DNA of 64,000 nucleotides from Pavona decussata (Eukaryota): NCBI GenBank assembly GCA_977016875.1, contig CDRNST010000146.1, positions 682,001 to 746,000 of the forward strand, read 5' to 3'. Shown piece by piece: positions 51,045 to 64,000 of this stretch (position 1 is its first letter; each line of letters starts with the position of its first letter). The notes under the pieces were generated by a model. It saw only the letters and a program-made list of their open reading frames with translations, ran no database searches and was not told where the DNA came from. The position numbers and the translations under genes were made by a program.

Positions 51045-51212
51045 ACATAGGCATACTCGGGAAAAAAGAAATCTGAGTGCTCCTATCAGGGGTCGAACCT
51101 AAGGCCTTCCGATTACTAGTTCGGATGCTCTACCACTGAGCTACAGGAGACTCGTGGGAGCTAAGGCCATTAAACTAGGTTCATGGGACAAATATCCTGC
51201 ATACTGCTAGGA
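51045..51212 (-). repeat. tRNA-derived SINE-like repeat
   Basis: cctgtagctcagtggtagagcatccgaactagtaatcggaaggccttaggttcgacccct; A and B boxes present, but the loop is 8 nt and there is no acceptor stem. Confidence 0.7.
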
Positions 51213-51862
51213 TTTGAGTGATTTCAATATACTTTCAATCAGTACATTATTTTTAAAGACCAACCATTAGTCCCCAGGAATGGATGATTCTCCCATTCTT
51301 CTCAATCTTACTGGCTGGTGATACGAGGATAACTTTCAGAAAAAGAACAAGATTTTTTTTAACATTTCAACAGTTTTAAACAGAAGATTGAAGGCTTTTT
51401 AATTTATAACATGGTGGACGATTGAAACTGAAGCTAAAACTATCAAAACATGTTTTATCTCGTATGACTGGCCATGGTTTGCCGGCTCTTATTTAGACTT
51501 ATAGCAACGAAATGTAAATAACGAATGGGACCGAATTGGGCAATCGTTTTCTCTTTGCTTATTTGTTTCTCTCTCTCTGTCTCTCTGCTCTCTGCTCTTT
51601 TATTTCTTTTATGCATGTAAATAATAAAAGATGTTAAAAAAAATGAACAATAAAATACATCAAACTACCACAATGAATTCCGTTTGCACGTCTTTATTAT
51701 TCCAGTAACAACTTAAGTCCCATAATTATTGTTTTCGTTCTCAGTCAGTAAACATCTACTATGATTTGACAGTCTTTGGCTTGGATTCCCATTCCTTGTT
51801 CTGCAAAGCTGTCCAATCTTCTGTAAAACGAGGAACCATAATGTACAATATTAGAGAACGCA

Positions 51863-52597
51863 CACTGCACGAAAAAACGGATTTACTCAAGTTTGCAACT
51901 GGAGCAAATCTGTTGCAAGTTTAGGGCTCTAAATTTGACACAAACTTGCCTTTGATACAAATGTTACGCGAGTAAACAAATTTGCTTCTGCTCAATTTGT
52001 GTGCAAATGTGTCTTAAATCTGATATTTGCTTGGAATTTGCGTCAGTTTTACAACATAGGTCAGATGGGTAATCTACGAATTCCATAAATATTTGCCTTA
52101 GGCCTAGGTTTGCTTACTTAATACCAAAGTTTAATATTTTACAGGATAATAAATGACGACAAACACTGCACAAATCCCATGTCTGCATTATCAATTAAAC
52201 ACATTAATCAAGATGCAAAACTACAAATTTCCGTTTAGTTTATTCACATTTGCTCGAGGAGTACTAATTGTCTCAGTTTCGCAACATAGAAGTAAACCTA
52301 CAAATAGCATACAAATTTGCAGCAGATTTGTTCACCATACCAAAGTTGAATATTTTTCAGCATAGGAAATGCTGGCAAGCGTTGCACAAATCCCATGTTT
52401 GCATTATCAATTGAACACATTAACCAGGATGCAAAACTACAAATTTCCCTTTAGTTTATCCACATTTGCTCCAGGAGTGAATATGCTAATTTGTCATTAT
52501 TTTGTACGGCTAGTTAAATAAGTGACTGTGCCTGTATGACACTCACGTTTACTGCGGGAGCAAACCTGTTAATTTGCACTTGTTTTTTGATGCAGTG
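51863..52597. mobile_element. CACT-ended TIR element (EnSpm/CMC-like MITE) with an internal ~95-bp direct repeat
   Basis: cactgcacgaaaaaac ... gttttttgatgcagtg. Confidence 0.55.
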
Positions 52598-52821
52598 GAA
52601 ATAGAAAGCGTCTTGACTTTCCCATCTTTGACTCTGCCGGTGTTATACTTGACTTTTGTATGCGGTGTAAAATGTTTGCGCTGATTCAAAGTTTTCACAT
52701 TTTTTTTTTTTTATAAATGTCTTAATTTTATAACATTATTTATAACATTAGTATAATGTTAAATTAGAACAAAATATTCAATCAGTTACTCAGCGAAAGC
52801 AAAACTTACCGATCCCACTTT

Positions 52822-53560
52822 TCACCAACAAATTCCACAGCTCTTTGGACAGTGGTGTCCAGCTTCATAGGAGTGGCTATGGCACTCATCTTTCCTCTTA
52901 TCACAGTCCCAGCCGAAGTCCCGGCATGGATCTAGAAAATATATAAAAACGATTAAATTGAAGTGTCTGCTTAACATATTTTCTTAAAAGAGTATGCCGA
53001 GGATGCCTGTGTCACTGATTGAACTTGAAAAATACATCCAACAGAGTTTGTTTTGTTTGAAACACAACACGAATGTATGGAAGGCAAACAGGCCCTTATA
53101 TATACTTACTGCAATGAACACCACAAGAAATCGGACAGTCTCGTCACATTGCGTACGGGTTACTCTGGCAGTGGCCATCGTTCGCCAAGTCCTTGCAGTC
53201 CCATCTGTTATCGTAACATACACCTAGAGAATAAGTTCGCACAGACGTAAAAATTATGGTTGCTTGGATAAGAAACATTAAAATAGAGAATCGGTTATAG
53301 TGTCACTAAAGCCGAGCTGTTCCCAACTCACAAATTAACTATAGTCTTTCTGCTTACGTGATATCGACTTGAACTAAAGTACTGCAAACACCAATATAGC
53401 ATCCGTATACAAAAGCAAAGTAGCTTGCCACAAGCCTCCATATTAGCCCAGTAGTGGTGTACTGTCCGATCAGTATAGAAGGTGATGAGTTCGACTGGGG
53501 GCTCTGATTTGTTTTTATCCAATTCCCTTGACATGCGCAATAGTTCATCTTTCTTGAGAA
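52822..53560 (-). pseudogene. Two-ShK-domain protein gene, disrupted; hydrophobic leader exon ~53560-53358, ShK1 exon 53223-53110, ShK2 exon 52931-52810, 3' UTR exon ~51820-51690
   Basis: CYDNRWDCKDLANDGHCQSNPYAM*RDCPISCGVHC splices in phase 1 to NPCRDFGWDCDKRKDECHSHSYEAGHHCPKSCGICW*; each has six Cys in ShKT spacing; canonical splice sites. Confidence 0.8.
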
Positions 53561-54299
53561 CTAAAGCCGAGATTTGGTCAAACCCATTATTAGTCTTCCC
53601 AATAACTGAAAATCCTTTCCCATAAATTTTAATGTAAACCGTATCACTCTCTTCAGGAAAGATTTATGTCGTCAGTCGAATTTTTCTACTTAGCCTCCTT
53701 AGCCTACAAGAGCAGACGTCTTTTCCCGCTTTTTTTACGGAAAAGATAACTGCTCTTGTAGGCTTCTGCTTCCTTAACAATCAAATAAAAAATCATTCCC
53801 TTGTTGAATATTGAACGAATGTATCACGCAATGATTACTGTTATAGTGTGAGCAAACACGACATGACATGTTTGAGGGTGTGACGCTAAAATAGCCAATC
53901 ATGTCTATGTCCACGTGAGGTACAACAGGACATTTTTGCGTAATCAAGAAGAAACGTGATCGTGATTGTAACAAGCGATTGAGACGAGTATTGGAGAAAA
54001 TTTCCAGAGTTTTGGGTTCACATTGTATGGGATCAGTGAGAATTAAAACAATCAGTTAACAAAACCCTAGATGTGGGTTTCTAGGTGATCCTCTGGTTCG
54101 AAGTCTATGTGAGCTTTGGATTAGTACTGCAATAATTTAGTCAGACAGCCGAATTCTCTTGTTTTTATCTGTTTTGTCCAAGCGTTAAGCATTTTATTGA
54201 TTAAAAGTGAGACACTCACCTTTGCAGGGGGAAGTATATATTTTTGAATGACAAAAAAACATACTTAATAAATGCTGTTATTATCTGCATAAAGTACAA

Positions 54300-57200
54300 A
54301 TATCCCTCAGATAGTAACGACATTAAGCTGCACCTCTCTGGACCTTATTGATCCAGTGGTGGATAGTCCAACATGAACAATCAGCAAGGTAGGAATCATA
54401 CCTGCGCCTGTGCAAAATAATAATAAACAAAATAAATACATAANNNNNNNNNNNNNNNNNNNNNNNNNNNNNNNNNNNNNNNNNNNNNNNNNNNNNNNNN
54501 NNNNNNNNNNNNNNNNNNNNNNNNNNNNNNNNNNNNNNNNNNNNNNNNNNNNNNNNNNNNNNNNNNNNNNNNNNNNNNNNNNNNNNNNNNNNNNNNNNNN
54601 NNNNNNNNNNNNNNNNNNNNNNNNNNNNNNNNNNNNNNNNNNNNNCAATTAATACATCAGTGAACCAATGAATCATTGATGGATAGGAAAGACTGAAAAA
54701 AGCCTGCAACTACCTGGGGCGGAGTGGGGAAAGTGGGGAGGGGAGGGGGGGGGGAGAAGAGGTATATGTAAGGATGGATGGATGAATGAGTCGGCCTTAC
54801 AAATTTTTCCCTGTAGTATTCATGAACTTGTGTTCGAAATGAAATCCTACGCGAGTTATTTTGTTTTGGTTTTGGATTTGCTTTTTGCCTTCGATAGCTT
54901 ACTATCTCAAGTATTTCAAAAGATTCATCTACCTCTACATCTACATCTACAATCAATTAAGTTGGTAAAATCGCAAAATATCACACTAACTGATCAATTA
55001 ATAATAACGATCATAATGTTAAAACTCCAAGAGCTTAAAAGTGTGAAAACTGCATAAAATTAATACGGTAGACTATTAAAAGCTATCAAGCAACTTTGAT
55101 CTAAAACTATCTACGGACGTTGAATTTACAATATTCCTCGGCGTCTTATCGCTGTGATCTTGTCAAATTTTAAGTATTTGGTTTTCTTTTCTGGAATTAA
55201 AATGTCTTAAAAGAAGGTCTCTTCAGAGTATCCTGATATTCAAATATCCTATATTACATTATGACGATGGAAAATCTATCTGATATAAAAAAGTGGGTAA
55301 TGGTTTTGCCGCTTCCAACGTTGGACTAATTTGCAATCTTAAAAGCTACAAAATTGTTTCATTCGAAGCGCATAAGTTAAAATCTCTATTCTTTGACCAT
55401 GTACTTTCGGGAGAAAAAAAATTGGGTCAGCAGTAAGTTAGGCTAAAAACGCGATCAGCAACGGTGGTAACCGAGCTGCTGTGCATTAATGTCAGTGAAT
55501 TGCTTAGATTTTTGTTATGAACACCACAGTTTAAAAACAATGAAAGATTCAGCACTATTTTGATTTGTGTATGCGTATTTGTGTGCTAGGGGATGTGAAC
55601 CTGACGAAAAGATACTTACAATATCCAGTGCTGCACACCAGCACCAACAGGAAAATTCCACATTTGAAAGGCATGCCTGGAGAGCGAACAAACGTTTCAA
55701 TTTCAAAGTTGTATTTTATTAAAAGATATCTTGACTTGATTATGTGAATACTTGATAAAATAAGTCACAATGTAGAAAGGCAAGAAATGCTGTCAAAACT
55801 TAGTGGACAACGTTTTTCAGGTCGTGAATATAACACCGTCATAGTTTTTCGTCAATCAAATGTTAAGCATGACTTGCACGTATACCATCCTAGCTAATGG
55901 AGCAAGTTATAAACATTATCTCACGGCTGGGAAACCCCATGCACAGAAGCTAACGGAAAAGTAGCTGAAAACAAAAACTGTTTTGAAAGGGAAATTGGTA
56001 AGATAACTGGCAATAAGGAGAAAACAAGCTTTGACGATTAGTTTTTTAAAACTATCCAAAGAACGTGGACTTTATAAAGCCCCGAAAGTGAGCAACTCGG
56101 TCAACAAAATTGCATTAAAACCTAACTAGCTATGCTAGAGACTTAATAGCTCAAAATTTAGAAAACACTCACTTTGATGAAGGACAAAGTCTTGACCTAT
56201 AGTAGCTGCTCTGTAATCTCGGGTTTTTAACCTCCGTATCCTCTGCAGTCCTCTGCAAAAAGATGGTTCAAAACAAAAATGCTAGCAACTTTATGTCTCT
56301 CAGTATCCATGGCATCAGCCTTTACTTCGTTCTTTGGTATTTCTGTTTTAATTTTTTGTTTACCCTTGACATTGAACATTGCTTGAGGCCAGCCGTGCAT
56401 TTTTTGTAGCTCCCTTTTGCTAAGCCATGCAGGAAGTTTCCGATGAATTCTCTGACCATAATGGAATTCAAATGAAAAACTGCTGTTCTCTGAGCAGAAC
56501 TTTCTTTAGCGCTTCTTTGTTTTTATCATTTCCCTTGACATTGAACCGCATTGCTTTACGTAGCAACGTATGGGGAAAACACTTGTTTAATGTTAAGCGC
56601 GTGCTTCTGTTTCTGGCATACCATTGCTATCGTCCGTAAAATGCAACTGAAAACAGGCGCCATAGTCAGTCTAAACGAACAAAACCAAGCGCTAAACCTG
56701 ATAAAGAAATACGTAAGAAAGTTCTGCTCAGAGAACAGCACTTTCTCATTTCCATTCCCTTAGGGCCAGAGAAAAGCACGAGCACTGTTCCAATTTGTAT
56801 TTTACCATCCGATATGCAAACTTATTTCAGTCACAGCGACAAAACATTCATTGTAATTCTGTTCCCCTAGTAGAGCAGTTTTAAACAAAACTAAACCACA
56901 TTTAAATCAAAGGCTCCCCTGAACCAACTCTTGAATGCAGAAGTAAATAATGACAAGGTATAAAACATCAGTGTGTTTGGTAAGCAAAGAACTCGAAATA
57001 TAAACCATAAAGGCTTACTGAGGAGGCCTCACGGGCATTTTATTCCGCATCCTACGCCGCTTAGATTTTAAGCCGTTCCCCTAAGCAAGATTATTGAGCT
57101 CCTTGAGTAGTTTTGTATTAAGAATGTTTAATTTTGAAAATTGTTTGGTGCCTTTGAAATGGTTGGCTTTTAAAGGCGAAAAAAACCCGTGGCGCTACGA

Positions 57201-60200
57201 CTTTTACGGTCTAATTACTTCAGACCGCCAAAAAACAATGCGCGAATGAGCAGGGGACGCCGTCAGACGTTTCTCCATCGTATTTTGACCTTCCATTTTG
57301 TGCGAAATCCCTGTTGACTTGGACGACACTCTCAAGTTTACAAGTTTACAACTGATCGCCGGAACGAGCGAGCGAATGACAATTTGCCCATATAACGATA
57401 ACTCGTTCATTACGATGCGCGCATTCACGAGTTAAAAATGAGTGACAGTAGCTTCTACAAACATTTTTATTTATATGATCTTTCATGAAGCCCTTTGTGA
57501 GCACAATCCTTTTTTTGCATTCGAATCTGGCTCGATTTCAAAACGTGTTTTCAACGAAACGTGTTTAAGGTATGACTTTATTTGAAGAGGGTAACATGTA
57601 AGCAGTACCTAAAATTACTGACGATTCAAAAGTAAAAATTAAATCAAATCATATTTAAAATATAGTTAGTATTTACAAAAAAACATTTACAGGAAAACAT
57701 TTCTAGCAATCAATTATCAACTGATAATAAAAGTTGAAATTGTTGAAAATGGTCAACAAAAATCGAAATAACGATAACATAAAGCTATCAATTTTCAAAC
57801 TTGATTCCATGGGGGTAATTATAATTGCGACACCATAAAATATCGCGAGTAAGATCGCTAGTGTCTTATGTTATAGCAGACGATCCCTTTGTCTTCTGAG
57901 AGTTTAATATCGTATTCAATAATTTTATCTTTCTGTCAAGGACTAAATCTTTGTTCTTAGAGATTGGGATAAGTTGTTCCAATCTTTTACAGTCCCTACT
58001 ATAAAGGTAAATCTCCCCTCTGTGGTGTGGGCACAATCAATACAATATCTGTTGTTTCTTGAGTGGGTGTCAGAGTTTGTTCTCAGGGATGCGTTTATGA
58101 TCCTTCTGTAGACCAGAGCACATCGATCGATATGTACTTCTTTGTAAAATGGAATCCAGTTAAGGTGATTGATTGTTGTTACTGTTCGAGTAGTACGTTG
58201 GCTTCAAGAGTAATACGTGCGGAGAACTCACCGTGTGTTCGAAAATCGCTAAAACCGGTGAATTACACGTTGTTATCCCCGTGAAAAAATCACTCCGGTG
58301 ATATTGTCCTCTTGGTCAGTGTTCTAGAAATATTTTATGTACAAATAAAGGTACTTCGTTTTAATTTTACCATGGTTTTGACTCAACAAGTGAACATTCT
58401 CATCAGGTGGTCCGGTCAAAAAGATCGAGCCTGTTGGTCAGTTCGATCTTAAATGCATGAACTTTTTTGTCTGACTTATTTGCCCCATAAAAATCTAATT
58501 CACCCTATGAATTTGCCCTTATCTTAAATCCTCCAGTGTCTCTGTCGTATCAAATAATCTTTAAACCGACTCTGCTTTCCTGTGGTGTGACTTGATTCGG
58601 ATCATCTGGCATCTTTATCGCGTCCATATTGGAATTTATACTGCACAATGTTTTGACATCATTGATTTCAATTCTTCGGCTGCATCCCCCGTATGGAAGA
58701 GAGAATATTCTAAGTTTGTATTGATTTGTTAATCATCGTGGCTAACCGGTAAGGGAAGCTTGTACGCCATCGACCCTTCAACACGATGTTTCTAAGCTGC
58801 CGTGGTGCTCAGATGTAATGCTAATAAAAAGTCGGTGTTCTCGGACTATTATAACTTTCTTTGTTTTGTTTGGCGCCTTTTTTATTTGTTTTGACTTATT
58901 ATAACAATGGTTTGGTAGGAATAGAAGCAAGCATCTATGGCAAGGATGGGAATGGTTCAAATTGAAAAAAAGAGTTGAGGTTCCCACAAAAAAGATAATT
59001 ACTTAGATTACAATGAATGTTTTGTCCTTGTGACTTACTTTTAAGCTCGAAAGCTTGCATTTTTGCTGGTAAAATAGAAATTGGAATGGTGCACGTGCTT
59101 TTCTCTGACCCTTAGGGAATGGAAATGAGAAAGTGCTGTTCCCTGAGCAGAACTTTCTTTAGCATTTCTTTATGAGGTTTAACACCCGGTTTTATTTGTT
59201 TAGACTGACTATAGCGCTTGTTTCAGTTAAATTTTACGGACGATAGGAATGGTATAGTAGGACACAGAAGCACCCTAACATTAAACAAGTGTTTTCCCTA
59301 CCCGTTTCTACGTAAACGTGGAGCTGCAAGAGAATTCACGCTTAGACCTCAAACAATGTTCAATGTCGAGGAAAGATGATAAAAATCAAAACAAAGAAGC
59401 GCTAAAGGAAAGTTTTGCTCAGAAACAGAAGCACGCGGTTAACATTAAACAAGTGTTTTCCCCATACGTTGCTACGTAGACATGGAGTTACAAGAGAATA
59501 CACTCTTAGTCCTCAAGCAATGCGGTTCAATGTCAAGAGAAAATGATAAAAACAAAGAAGCGCTAAAGAAAGTTCTGCTCAGAGAACAGCGAGCCATTTG
59601 CATTCCATTAGGGTAATTAGTTCATCAGAAGCTTCCTGTGTGGCTTTGCAAATTTAGAGCTACAGGATAGTGCACGGCTGGCCTCAAGAAATGTTCGATG
59701 TCAAGCCGGGGAAAACGAAAAATTAAAACAGAAATACCAAAGAACAAGAAAAGGACGATGCCATGGATACTGAGAGGCAAAAAGTGGATAACATCTTTAC
59801 TGTGAACCGTCTTTTTTACGGAGGCCTGCAGAGGATACGGAGATTATAAACCAGAGATCAAGGAGCAGTTACTACAGATCAAGACTTTGTCCTTCATCGA
59901 AGTGAAGTTTCCTAAATTAGGAGGTGTTAAGCTGGACATTGGGTTGTTTTTGGTGACTTTGTTCACAAACTGACTCAAAGTTTATAGCTTAGCTATTTAG
60001 GTTTTAATCTACTTTTTAGTTCTGTTGGCCGAGTTGCTCACTTCCGGGGCTTATTATTGTTTTTGTGGACCACTGAGGCCAATGGAGAAAGAAGAAGTAT
60101 TTCTCCGTGGCATGACAGTCATAAGTATTAAAACTTGAAGAAACTACTTCGTAATGTTTTAATACAACTTTTAATCGGTTAAATTTAATTGTTTATAATA

Positions 60201-62700
60201 AGTTTATGCCCATGAATAGCAAGAAGAACTGGGCAAACGGAGGAACAACTGAAGAAACTAGAAACGCAACGAACGTGCAAGCGAAAGAACGAGCGAACGA
60301 ATAACCAGTAAAGCAAACGGATAGCCGAATGACCGAGTTAACGATCAAACGGTCCACCGAGCACTCATCGGTGAAAACGAACGAACGAAAAACGGAGTGA
60401 ACAAACTCGCGAATCGAGATGAACAGCTGAACGACCGAGTGAACGAGAAAGTCTTCTGCCTTCTCCATTGATCTGATCCACAAGAATTTCTAAAAAGAAA
60501 CATTTTTAAATTAAAGTCATTTTCTTCAAAAACCTTTTCTTGCTATATGTATATAACAACAAAGGGCGTAAAGGCAACAGAACAATATTATTCTGATTAT
60601 TTTTTAGTTCTCTTTTTTCAATCCCTTTTTAAATACTATTACCTGAAAATATTACTTAAAAATACAAAATTTAATAGCTTTTGCTCACAATCAGTCCAAG
60701 ATGATGTATTTATATAGCCGTCCTTTCGGTTCTTCAGCTGTTCATTTCAATGATAGTTGTCTGTTGACGCATTTGGCCTTCTGTGCTCGTGTGTCATCCA
60801 GCGTTTGTTCGGCTGCCCGTTTTGTCTATTAGATTGGTCAAAAGGCAGTACGTTCGAGCGTTTGGTTGTTTGCCGATCACCCGGTTACTTGTGTTTTCAT
60901 TCGCCTTTTGGCTTGTTCAGTTGTTGTTTCGTCTGCTCACTTTCAAAACTTAAGAAAATTCTTGGGCTTATTTCAGTTACACATCAACTTAATCATTAAA
61001 AGTAGTATTGAAACATTGCGGATATACATATTTGTGTTTTAATACTTTCAGCTACAGTGCTATGGAATAAGACTACTTCTCTCTCCTTTGATCTTATAAA
61101 CAAAAAACATTATTGCCAGTTATCTTGCCAATTGTCCCTTCAAAGCAGTTTTCCGTTAGCTTTTTGTGCATTGTGTTTACCACCTGAGATAGTGTTTATA
61201 ACTTCTCCATTAACTTGGCTAGTATACGCGCAAGGCATAGTGGTATTTAAATGTCGAAAAACTAGAAGTGTTGTATTCGCGTCCTGATAAAAGCTGTCCG
61301 TGAAAACTAAGTTCTGACAGCATTTCTTGCCTTTCTACGCTGTGATTTATTTCATCAAGTATTCACATATTAAAACACCACCTTAGTTTATTGCAAATTG
61401 AAACGTTTGTTCGCTTTTCAGGAATGTCTTTAAAATGTGGAATTTTCCTGTTGGTGCTAGTCTGCGGCATTGAAAATATGATTTATGTGCTTTGAGTGAA
61501 TTAATTTTGCAGCATTTTTAAATGCTTAAAAGATTCCAAATTAGTCCAAAGTTGAAAGCTTCGAAAATGATGACCAAACTGTTTTTTCAGTTAGATGTTC
61601 CAATTTTATAATGACCTGTAGGTTATTTGAATAACAGGATACTCTGAACAAACCTTATTTTGAGAAATAATACATATATATTTAGCCAAGCCTAAAAGTG
61701 GAGACTGTATTTTAGGGTGAATTTCCGTTCAAAAGTGTTTATCATGCGCTTTCTACTAACGATGCGCGCGCGCTTTTGCTGCACAGAGCTCCGCTACTTA
61801 GAAATACTTAGAAATTTGGCAAGACCATAGCGATAAGACCGGCTGAGGAATCTTTTGTAGGCCTGGATCTTTGAAATAGTTGACATAGTAAGTTATTGAT
61901 GACAAGAAAACCAAATGCCCCGTGTAGGATTTCATTCCGAACACAAGTTAATGAATTGTACCAGAAAANNNNNNNNNNNNNNNNNNNNNNNNNNNNNNNN
62001 NNNNNNNNNNNNNNNNNNNNNNNNNNNNNNNNNNNNNNNNNNNNNNNNNNNNNNNNNNNNNNNNNNNNNNNNNNNNNNNNNNNNNNNNNNNNNNNNNNNN
62101 NNNNNNNNNNNNNNNNNNNNNNNNNNNNNNNNNNNNNNNNNNNNNNNNNNNNNNNNNNNNNNNNNNNNNNNNNNNNNNNNNNNNNNNNNNNNNNNNNNNN
62201 NNNNNNNNNNNNNNNNNNNNNNNNNNNNNNNNNNNNNNNNNNNNNNNNNNNNNNNNNNNNNNNNNNNNNNNNNNNNNNNNNNNNNNNNNNNNNNNNNNNN
62301 NNNNNNNNNNNNNNNNNNNNNNNNNNNNNNNNNNNNNNNNNNNNNNNNNNNNNNNNNNNNNNNNNNNNNNNNNNNNNNNNNNCCTCCTCGTCACGTACTC
62401 CCTCTCTGCCCCGGGTGGATACAGGGAGGGAAGGATCCACCCGTTATCCGTTTCTTCCTCAATTGCTTCATTCAGTCCTTCCTATTCTCATTGATTCATG
62501 GATTCACTGCTTCATTAAATGATTCATTCATTAATTTAGTTTCCATCCTTCCTTCCTGCCTTCACTCATTCATTTATTCATTCATTTACTGTCTTCTCAT
62601 TTACTTATCTATTTGTTAATTTTCTTTCTTTATTATTTTTTAACAGGCGCAGGTATGAAGCCAAACTTGCAGACTGTTCAAGTAGGACTAACCACGAGGT
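54300..62700. repeat. Head-to-head inverted segmental duplication: ~54300-56800 versus ~59075-62700
   Basis: 56050-56790 matches the reverse complement of 59080-60050; 55200-55920 matches 61200-61660; 54800-54860 matches 61900-61968; exon-like cag|gcgcaggtatga at 54407 (-) and 62648 (+). Confidence 0.85.
57590..58040 (-). mobile_element. CR1/L2-like LINE 3' relic
   Basis: TEGRFTFIVGTVKDWNNL, followed by a 3' UTR ending in aataaag. Confidence 0.45.
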
Positions 62701-63539
62701 TTTTCTACAGTGGGAGAAACTGAAGATACAATTCATTCCTTAAACCTGTGCATACGAATAACCACTCGCAAGCTGGTGATTATCAATCCACAAGCAAGAG
62801 AGTAAACAAACTCAAACCCACCAAACAGACATCGAAAGGTTAAACCAATACACTCTACGTCCAAGGTTGCAGATACCAAGCCAAAATAAGTACCTTATCT
62901 TTTTTCTCCACTCTTTTCTTTTCTGGTTCATTATTTGACAATATACATGTATTGTTGTGATCAGTAAATTATTACAATAAAGGGAATAAAATGCAGTGGA
63001 GCTCATTTGTCAGGGACATCATCGCCCGGGATCATTGCAAACGATCCGTGTCACATTTCAGTCAAGACAGTCGAATATAGAAGCTGCACAAATTTCAATT
63101 TCTAGTCCAGCGTCGAGTTTGGTTTTGCAGAAAGCAAAAAGACAAATATTCTTTTTACCTGAAACAAGGGTTTTTTTTCTTTTTGAATGTGCGAATCTCA
63201 GTGAAGAGTGACAAGTCTACGCGACACCCTCGTGCGTTTTAACCTTTTTAAATCTGGCTGACACGAGTATCTTTTTCACAGAGTTAAAGTGATTTTTAAA
63301 GGCTTGCGCTACTCCCAAGTATTTGTAGCGGGTTTGGAAGATTTGATAGAGCCGCCTTGGATTTAATCATCGTATGCTCAACATCACAGGTCATTTGTGG
63401 GTCAAATAAGGATTAAAGCCTATAAAAAAAAGTTAAGTCTCTAAACCTTGGGATAGGTCATCGGTGACAACACTCGATACAGTCCCGTATTCTGGTGGAC
63501 ACTGGTTCCGTGAATTGACTACCTTTTATTTTTCCAAGA

Positions 63540-63650
63540 AACGAAATGAGGCATGTTACAATAATTAAAAAACAAACAAACAAAAAAAACAAAAAAAACC
63601 AGAGACCCCGACCCGACCCGACCCCCCGACCCCGGCCCCGACTGACACCC
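63540..63650. repeat. GC-rich (ccccga)n terminal repeat of a probable MITE
   Basis: gaccccgacccgacccgacccccgaccccggccccgactgacaccc. Confidence 0.4.
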
Positions 63651-64000
63651 AATTTTCTCTGCCCGGCATTTCGCGAGGAAATCCGGGAAATTCTGACTGG
63701 TAATAGAACTGCAGTCACGCACTCAACTTTTCCGGCGCGACACCAGTAATCTCAGGGGACTCAGCAGTAGGTCTCCTGTAATTCTATTGGCTGTCTACGT
63801 CGGCGGAATCCACAGTGTTGAAATATGGCGCAGCAAGGGCGTGAAATGTTTGTAAACTTTTAGGAGCGAAAAAAACCTACTTCGCTTTTACGCTAGTGTG
63901 CTTCCTTTAAAGTAATTTATACGATACAAGGATTTGACGGATTGCCTTGAAATTTGGCCCGACGATTCCCAAGACACCGAGCAAAAAAACTGTGTGACGG

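Noticed and set aside
51088-51150. Functional tRNA gene
   Set aside because: The anticodon loop is 8 nt, there is no acceptor stem, and the flanks are shared with other decayed copies, so it is SINE-like.
53144-53146. TGA in ShK1 read as selenocysteine
   Set aside because: It is not at a Cys position, all six Cys are already present, and I recognised no SECIS element.
58700-58775. Helitron helicase-like motif FPYRLATMINKSIQT on the minus strand
   Set aside because: Short, gapped match with no flanking helicase motifs; probably chance.

Overview
AT-rich, repeat-dense animal genomic DNA. The repeat types, the ShK domains and the intron-poor ABCC gene suggest a cnidarian, probably a stony coral (inference). 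There are four N gaps. Main contents: (1) a complete six-coding-exon ABCC4/MRP4-like transporter gene (28772-41588, +, ~1294 aa). (2) A hAT-family (PRKRIR/ZMYM1-like) transposase locus on the minus strand (11591-15722). Its three small 5' exons can splice in frame to either of two terminal exons: an F-box/LRR exon with its own AATAAA, or the intact transposase exon. This is the most notable observation. (3) A disrupted two-ShK-domain gene (-, ~51690-53560) that the ORF track misses, whose upstream region is duplicated head-to-head. (4) A decayed Crypton-like tyrosine recombinase gene. (5) Relics of Penelope-like, R4/Dong-like, Tx1/L1 and CR1/L2 retroelements, many nested MITEs with readable TIRs and TSDs, a 1.67-kb tandem duplication and a tandem array of hammerhead-like motifs. 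All calls were made by eye and no database searches were run.
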